Shown: piece after piece, positions 26,254 through 32,000 of the stretch
Numbering within the stretch: the first letter of the stretch is position 1
Layout: each line of letters starts with the position of its first letter
Assembly (NCBI GenBank): GCA_963735655.1
Contig: CAVTLW010000026.1
Location: 130,871 to 162,870 of the forward strand
DNA length: 32,000 nt
Source: an uncultured Actinomycetota bacterium
Lineage (GTDB): Bacteria > Actinomycetota > Actinomycetes > Mycobacteriales > Mycobacteriaceae
Direction of reading: 5' to 3'
Made by a program: the position numbers and the translations under genes
Notes under the pieces: model-generated
Told to the model about the DNA's origin: nothing
What the model saw: only the letters and a program-made list of their open reading frames with translations
Databases searched by the model: none

Positions 26254-27518
26254 ATGGCGATTACGGATGTTCCGGCCTTCGCCCACCTGACTGACGCCGA
26301 CATCGAGAATTTGGCCGTAGAGCTCGACGCGATCCGGCAGGACATCGAGGATTCCCTGGGCCAGCGCGACGCCCGCTACATCCGGCGCACCATCGCCGCC
26401 CAACGCGCCCTCGATGTCGCGGGCCGGCTCATCCTGGCCGCCAGCTCGAAACGCTCGGCGTGGTGGGCGGGAACCGCGACCCTTGCGCTGGCCAAGATCA
26501 TCGAGAACATGGAGATCGGCCACAACGTCATGCACGGCCAGTGGAACTGGATGAACGATCCAGAGATTCACTCCACGACCTGGGAGTGGGACATGAGTGC
26601 GGCGTCCAAGCACTGGCGCAACGCCCACAACTATCAGCACCACAAGTACACCAACATCCTCGACATGGACGACGACGTCGGCTACTTCATCCTGCGCGTC
26701 ACGCGCGACCAGACCTGGGCCCCGACAACCTCGGCAACCTGCCGTACAACGCCATCCTCGCGCTGGCATTTGAGTGGGCAATTGGCTTGCAGACCGTCGA
26801 CCTCGAGAAAGTTTTCGAGGATGGCCCCGACGGCGACATCGCCCGTGAGCGCACGCGCGAGTTCACCACCAAGGCCGCCAGACAAACCGTCAAGGACTAC
26901 GTCGCGTTTCCGGCGCTCACCTCGCTGTCGCCGGCGGCGACCTACACATCGACACTGAAGGCCAACGCGGTGGCCAACGTGATTCGTAGCTTCTGGTCCC
27001 ACGCAGTGATCGTCTGCGGCCATTTCCCCGATGGCGCAGAGAAATTCACCAACACCGACATGGCGGGCGAAACCAAGGGGGAGTGGTACCTGCGCCAGAT
27101 GCTGGGCAGCGCCAACTTCGAAGGCGGGCCCGTGCTGCGATTCCTGAGCGGCAACCTGTGCCACCAGATCGAACATCACCTGTTTCCCGATCTGCCCAGC
27201 AACCGGCTGCACGAGATCTCGGTGCGGGTGCGCGCGTTGTGCGACAAGTACGACTTGCCTTACACCACAGCCTCTTTCCTGACGCAGTACGGCAGGACGT
27301 GGCGCACGATCGCCAAACTGTCGCTGCCGGACAAGTACTTGCGCGCCACCGCCGACGACGCCCCGGAGACCCGCAGCGAGCGGATGTTCGCTGAATTGGA
27401 GCCCGGTTTCGCCACGACCGACCCCGTCACAGGGTGCAGGCGCGGGCTCAACACGGCGATAGCAGCGGTCCGCCAGTGGCGTCGGGAAAAAGCGCGATCA
27501 ATCGCGTCCCCAATCTGA
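26254..27518 (+). pseudogene. desA3: membrane fatty-acyl desaturase (DesA3-like), one frameshift
   Basis: MAITDVPAFAHLTDADIENLA... is followed by the His boxes HNVMHG and HNYQHHKYTN in frame 1. After ILRVTRDQTW the sequence continues in another frame (PDNLGNLPYNAILALAFEW...HQIEHHLFPDLPSNRLHEI...). The switch falls at a C4 run at 26720-26723. ATG 26254 has GGAGGA upstream. Confidence 0.85.
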
Positions 27519-27747
27519 CTTGGCTCGCGATTCACGGACCGGCGGGTTTGTCGCGCAGCAGGTCGAAAAGTGTGCACTAACCCAAACCCATGAACGCACA
27601 TCAGGAAATATGTTGGCGTGCGCCACCGTTTGCAGGGGCCGCACGGTCCGCAGCAAATTTGGCCGTGTGATGCGCGGACCTTGGGCGCGCCGCCAGTCCC
27701 ACCAGCCACTGCGGCCACCTGGAGTTCGGGTGTGTCTTTTTGTCCAC

Positions 27748-27802
27748 CTATCAGCGACAAATTAGTCTGCTGCACAACGGCTTTGGAGATTGTCGCTGAT
27801 AG
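27748..27802. repeat. perfect 13-bp inverted repeat (stem-loop or operator candidate)
   Basis: CTATCAGCGACAA (27748-27760) and TTGTCGCTGATAG (27790-27802) are separated by 29 nt. The repeat sits in a 500-bp non-coding gap about 220 nt upstream of the SPFH gene. Confidence 0.7.
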
Positions 27803-28020
27803 CCGGGCAAAACAACAACCGTGTCTGCGCCAGTGGCACATGTGACGCATGGGATTAGCAGTTCCGGCCGGCAAAGGCACGACCGGCGAGCGCGGCATGA
27901 CCCCGATCGGGGCTTGAGCACGTCTCGACTGATCGGTCCATACTGGAGGGGTTGTCGGTGTTTCATCGGCTGTAAGTCGCCCGCTTGCCGAGAAGTGCCG
28001 AGGCGGAAGTGGAGGACAAC

Positions 28021-28899
28021 ATGATCATCCTTTATGCACTGGCCGCAGCTTTCGGCCTTGGTGCGCTCTGGCTGGGCACAAGCGTCCGGGTCGTCAAGCA
28101 ATTCGAACGAGGCGTCGTCTTTCGTTTCGGACGTGTGCAAACCGGTGTCCGCGGACCGGGGCTCACGCTGCTGATGCCGGTCGCCGATCGCCTCGAGAAG
28201 GTGAACATGCAGATCATCACCATGCCGGTGCCCGCCCAGGATGGCATCACCCGCGACAACGTGACCGTGCGCGTGGATGCCGTCATCTATTTCAATGTTG
28301 CGGACCCGGTGCGTGTGGTTGTCGGCGTACAGGACTATGTGTCCGCTATTGGCCAGGTCGCGCAGACATCGCTGCGTTCGATCATCGGCAAGAGCGACCT
28401 GGACGACCTACTCTGCAACCGCGAGGGTCTCAATCAGGGCCTGGAGTTGATGATCGACAACCCGGCGGCGGGCTGGGGTGTTCAGATCGACCGCGTGGAA
28501 ATCAAAGATGTAGTACTGCCGGATTCGATGAAGCGGTCGATTGCGCGCCAAGCCGAGGCCGAACGTGAGCGTCGGGCGAGGGTTATCACGGCCGACGGTG
28601 AACTGCAGGCGTCTGAGAAACTGGCCCAAGCGGCCGAGACGATGGCCGTGCACCCGGCTGCGCTTCAGTTGCGGCTCCTGGAAACCGTGGTCGAGGTCGC
28701 CGCGGAGAAGAACTCCACCCTGGTGCTTCCCTTCCCCGTCGAACTGCTCCGCTTCTTGGAACGAGCAACACCGTTGGAACGAGCTCCGCAAGTATCCGAA
28801 AGCCGGGACGACGAAGCCGCGACGACCTCCGCCTCGGCCGCACTTCCGACTGAGCCGGCAGCGAAAAGGCTAACGACAAGATCCTCATCGAATTTGTAG
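28021..28899 (+). CDS. SPFH/band-7 (stomatin/slipin-like) membrane protein
   Basis: An N-terminal TM helix is followed by VVKQFERGVVFRFGR...GPGLTLLMP...DGITRDNVTVRVDAVIYF. A coiled Ala/Glu-rich region (ARQAEAERERRA) follows. I prefer ATG 28021 because GGAGGA lies 5 nt upstream. Confidence 0.9.
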   Translation: MIILYALAAAFGLGALWLGTSVRVVKQFERGVVFRFGRVQTGVRGPGLTLLMPVADRLEKVNMQIITMPVPAQDGITRDNVTVRVDAVIYFNVADPVRVVVGVQDYVSAIGQVAQTSLRSIIGKSDLDDLLCNREGLNQGLELMIDNPAAGWGVQIDRVEIKDVVLPDSMKRSIARQAEAERERRARVITADGELQASEKLAQAAETMAVHPAALQLRLLETVVEVAAEKNSTLVLPFPVELLRFLERATPLERAPQVSESRDDEAATTSASAALPTEPAAKRLTTRSSSNL

Positions 28900-28933
28900 C
28901 TGCCCCAACATATCTGACGGAGCCGCGGGGCCG

Positions 28934-29176
28934 CTATGTCGAGGCGTGACCCGCCCGCACGGCGGCGCGTCGTGCGGCTTCCGTGTGCTCGGCGGCGGTG
29001 ACGACCACCGCGTCAGACCCGGGGTACACCGTCGCCTCGTGCCCCGTCACCAGCCAACGCACCACGTATGGCGGAGAGCCGTCTTCACAGCGCACCTCGA
29101 GGATCTCAGCGTGTTGATCATGCCGTTCCGTGGTTGTGCCCTTCACCACGAGGTAGTCGCCGACATTCGCCTTCAT
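28934..29176 (-). CDS. DUF1918 domain protein (Rv2302-like)
   Basis: 80 aa. MKANVGDYLVVKGTTTERHDQHAEILEVRCEDGSPPYVVRWLVTGHEATVYPGSDAVVV is close to the M. tuberculosis Rv2302 sequence as I remember it. Confidence 0.85.
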   Translation of the reverse strand: MKANVGDYLVVKGTTTERHDQHAEILEVRCEDGSPPYVVRWLVTGHEATVYPGSDAVVVTAAEHTEAARRAAVRAGHAST

Positions 29177-29317
29177 CGCCCGCTCCCTTCGCGTCGCGGT
29201 GAGACCGCGGACTCATCCATCGTGCGCGCGTTCATCACTTAACGGAAGCCTGAGCAACTACCGCAGCTCTTCGGCGAGGCCGGAAACGGGGTTTTGATTC
29301 CGTGGCACACTAATGGC

Positions 29318-29554
29318 ATGAACCGCATACGGCTGAGCACTACTGTTGACGCCGAGCTGTTGGCCTGCGCGCGAAGCGTGCGGTCAGGGATCACCGACGC
29401 TGCCCTCGTTGATGAGGCTCTTGGCGCTTTGCTCGCTCGTTATCGATCGGCGGAGATCGAGGCAGCCTACGCCGCCTACGACGAGCAGCCGGCTGATCAA
29501 CCCGACGAGTGGGGCGACCTAGCGTCGTGGCGCCGGGCTGCCGGCGCGTCGTGA
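29318..29554 (+). CDS. mazE: MazE-like antitoxin
   Basis: A small acidic protein, [16 protein letters not shown]...[16 protein letters not shown]. Its stop overlaps the GTG start of the MazF gene (GTGA). Confidence 0.7.
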   Translation: MNRIRLSTTVDAELLACARSVRSGITDAALVDEALGALLARYRSAEIEAAYAAYDEQPADQPDEWGDLASWRRAAGAS

Positions 29555-29880
29555 GCACACTTCCTGCACGCGGCGAGGTTTGGTGGTGCGAGCTGGCCGA
29601 GGTTGGGCGGCGCCCAGTTGTTGTGCTGTCTCGTGACGCGGCGATCCCTCGACTTCGACGCGCACTCGTCGCACCATGCACCACCACCATCCGGGGGCTT
29701 GCCAGCGAGGTTGTGCTTGAGCCCGGGTCAGACCCGATTCCCCGTCTTTCGGCGGTGAACCTGGACTCGGTTGAAAGTGTTTCGGTAGCGACATTGGTCA
29801 GCCGACTCGGCCGGCTTGCCGACACCCGGATGCGCGCAATCTGTGAGGCGCTGGAGGTCGCGGTCGATTGTTCGCGGTGA
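29551..29880 (+). CDS. mazF: MazF/PemK-family endoribonuclease toxin
   Basis: [10 protein letters not shown]...RPVVVLSRD...[17 protein letters not shown]...NLDSVESVS is the typical PemK/MazF pattern. Confidence 0.85.
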   Translation: MSTLPARGEVWWCELAEVGRRPVVVLSRDAAIPRLRRALVAPCTTTIRGLASEVVLEPGSDPIPRLSAVNLDSVESVSVATLVSRLGRLADTRMRAICEALEVAVDCSR

Positions 29881-30039
29881 CCGATGCACATTACAGAAGT
29901 GACTGTCAGGCGCGGTGACACGGCCACGTCGACACCGCGATTGTCAGAGGTCGGGTGGTGACAGAACAATTCGCGGCTGCGTAAGCGCATGGGGGCGACG
30001 AACAGATCAGCCAGGTGCGTAACCGCAACCGGCGACGCT

Positions 30040-30396
30040 TGGCCGGCATATTGGGAGGCCGGTGGAGCGACGGCGCTGTTCATCGCCGGCTGTGGCGCGT
30101 TCGGCTAAGCCACCCGCACCGATCTGTCCGGCGTCGCGCGGGTCAGCTTCGGGGCGCTGCTTGTCCTGATCGTGTTTGGCATCGTGTTGATCTTCGTGCA
30201 CATACCCGGCGGTGCGGTCATCTACTCGATCCTGGGTCTTATCGTCTTCGCCGGCCTTACCATGGTGGACTTCCAGCGGCTGCGGCGCTCAACTGACCTT
30301 GACTCGGCGCCATTCATCGCAGCATCGATATTTCTGGATGCGCTCAACGCGTTCCAGTTCTTCCTGCAGCTGGTCGGGGGCAGGAACCGGGGCTGA
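30040..30396 (+). pseudogene. Bax-inhibitor-1/YccA family membrane protein remnant (C-terminal ~3 helices, in-frame stop)
   Basis: The frame reads ...GGATALFIAGCGAFG*ATRTDLSGVARVSFGALLVLIVFGIVLIFVHIPGGAVIYSILGLIVFAGLTMVDFQRLRR.... A TAA at 30106-30108 sits where the family has Tyr (GY.T..DLS). The N-terminal helices are absent. Confidence 0.55.
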
Positions 30397-30507
30397 CTTG
30401 CCAAGCCCGAGGCTCACAGCGACAGGGTCTAGGCTCCGCCTGGTACGCGCCAGTGTCAGCTGGCCCGGGTGCCAGGCATCGGGGCTTCGACCGCGAAAGG
30501 CCAACCA

Positions 30508-32000
30508 ATGAGCGATAAACCGAACATCCTGATCATCTGGGGCGACGACATCGGGCAGAGCAACCTCAGTTGCTACAGCAACGGGCTGATGGGATACCGG
30601 ACGCCCAACATCGACCGGGTCGCCGCCGAAGGGGTGCTGTTCACCGACTATTACGCGGAGCAGAGTTGCACCGCGGGACGGGCGGCGTTCATCACCGGCC
30701 AGAACCCGTACCGCACCGGCCTGACCAAGGTGGGCCTGCCCGGGGCGCCGCTGGGCCTGCAGGCCCAGGACCCGACGATCGCGACGGCGCTCAAGGCGCA
30801 GGGCTACGCCACCGGCCAGTTCGGCAAGAACCACCTCGGCGACCGCGACGAGCACCTGCCGACCATGCACGGCTTCGACGAGTTCTTCGGCAACCTGTAT
30901 CACCTCAACGCCGAAGAGGAACCCGAACAGCCGGACTATCCCAAGGATCCTGAATTCCGCAAGAGAGTTCGGGCCGCGCGGCGTGCTGCACACCTGGGCC
31001 AACGGCGACGGCACCCAGCGCATCGAGGACACCGGCCCGCTCACCAAGAAGCGGATGGAAACCTGCGACGGCGAATTCCGCGATGCCGCAGTCGATTTCA
31101 TCAAGCGCCAGCACGAAGCCGAAACTCCGTTCTTCGTGTGGTTCAACACCACGCACATGCATTTCCGCACCCACACCAAGCCCGAAAGCGTGGGCCGCGC
31201 GGGGCGCTGGCAGTCGCGCTACCACGACACGATGCTGGATCACGACGACACCGTCGGCACCATGCTGGATCTGCTCGACGAGCTGGGCATCGCCGACAAC
31301 ACGATCGTCATGTACTCCACCGACAACGGTCCCCATATGAACAGCTGGCCCGACGCCGGCATGACCCCGTTCCGCAACGAGAAGAACTCCAACTGGGAAG
31401 GCGCCTACCGCGTCCCGGCGCTGGTGCGCTGGCCGGGGCACATCCCGGCCGGGTCGGTGTTGAACGGCATCGTCAGCCACAACGACTGGTTCGTCACGCT
31501 GTTGTCGGCGGCGGGCGTGCCCGACATCGCCGAGCGGCTGCGCGCGGGCACGGACCTCAACGGCACGACCTACAAGGTGCACCTCGACGGGCACGACCAG
31601 TTGCCGTACATCACCGGCGAGGCCGACGAGAGCCCGCGCAAGCACTTCTTCTATGTCTCCGACGACGGTGACCTGACCGCACTGCGCTACGACAACTGGA
31701 AGTTCGTCTTCCTCGAGCAGCGCTGCGTGGGCACCCTGCAGATCTGGGCGGAGCCCTACGTGCAACTGCGCGTGCCCAAGCTGTTCAACCTGCGCACCGA
31801 TCCGTACGAGCGGGCCGACATCACGTCGAACACTTACTACGACTGGATGATCGACCGCATCTTCTTGTTCGTTCCGGCCCAGGCTTACGTCGCGAAGATG
31901 CTGGAGACGTTGATCGAGTTCCCGCAGCGGCAGAAATCGGCGAGCTTCAACATGGATCAGGTGATGGCCAAGTTGCAGGACGCTACTGCCCGCAGCAGCT
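30508..32000 (+). pseudogene. type I arylsulfatase (AtsA-like), one frameshift; 3' end lies outside the window
   Basis: [16 protein letters not shown]...[21 protein letters not shown] is the Cys-type sulfatase signature, and GKNHLGD follows. After DPEFRK the conserved sequence ([16 protein letters not shown]...MYSTDNGPH...[24 protein letters not shown]...) continues in the +1 frame to the window end. The shift lies at about 30964-30967. Confidence 0.85.

Noticed and set aside
26125-27212. Minus-strand ORFs 26125..26781 and 26682..27212 lie opposite the desaturase.
   Set aside because: They are antisense artefacts. The plus strand carries the His-box desaturase sequence.
30289-31765. Minus-strand ORFs 30289..31179 (296 aa) and 30905..31765 (286 aa), and plus-strand ORFs 30570..30953 and 31083..31340.
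   Set aside because: All overlap the sulfatase gene out of frame or antisense, and their composition is low-complexity. The apparent 400-aa ORF 30469..31671 is genuine only up to about 30964.
1-32000. A search for CRISPR arrays, tRNA/rRNA genes, transposases, integrases and long direct repeats flanking the accessory blocks.
   Set aside because: I found no regularly spaced repeats, no cloverleaf-like or rRNA-like sequence, and no DDE, tyrosine or serine recombinase motifs in any frame. Short att-like direct repeats cannot be excluded by eye.

Overview
High-GC actinobacterial DNA that looks like Mycobacterium. I recall close M. tuberculosis relatives for DesA3, Rv2302 (DUF1918) and the CelA1 GH6 cellulase. 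All calls rest on motifs read by eye, with no database search. The window mixes housekeeping genes with accessory modules. Housekeeping genes are two cytochrome P450s, an alpha/beta hydrolase, a VOC/glyoxalase protein, a WS/DGAT acyltransferase, DctA, an SPFH/stomatin protein, a Ser/Thr kinase, a desaturase and an arylsulfatase. Accessory block 1 (about 2.7-13.1 kb) holds an intact SauUSI-like type IV restriction enzyme (PLD nuclease, SF2 helicase, DUF3427). It also holds a translationally coupled pair, a compact SNF2 ATPase plus a 641-aa zinc-ribbon protein, that I cannot assign to any named system; this is my best candidate for something undescribed. A truncated GH6 cellulase gene and a VapBC pair complete that block. 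Accessory block 2 (19.4-23.6 kb) is a co-directional HNH endonuclease, RecQ helicase fused to a ComF-like PRTase, and DprA-like protein. The last two resemble the psyrTA/rqlHI toxin-antitoxin family, and the RecQ gene carries at least three frameshifts. A second VapBC pair, a MazEF pair and several gene remnants are also present. At least eight loci carry frameshifts, a nonsense codon or a truncation, so either the genome is decaying or the assembly is rich in indels. I found no tRNA, rRNA, CRISPR array, transposase or integrase.
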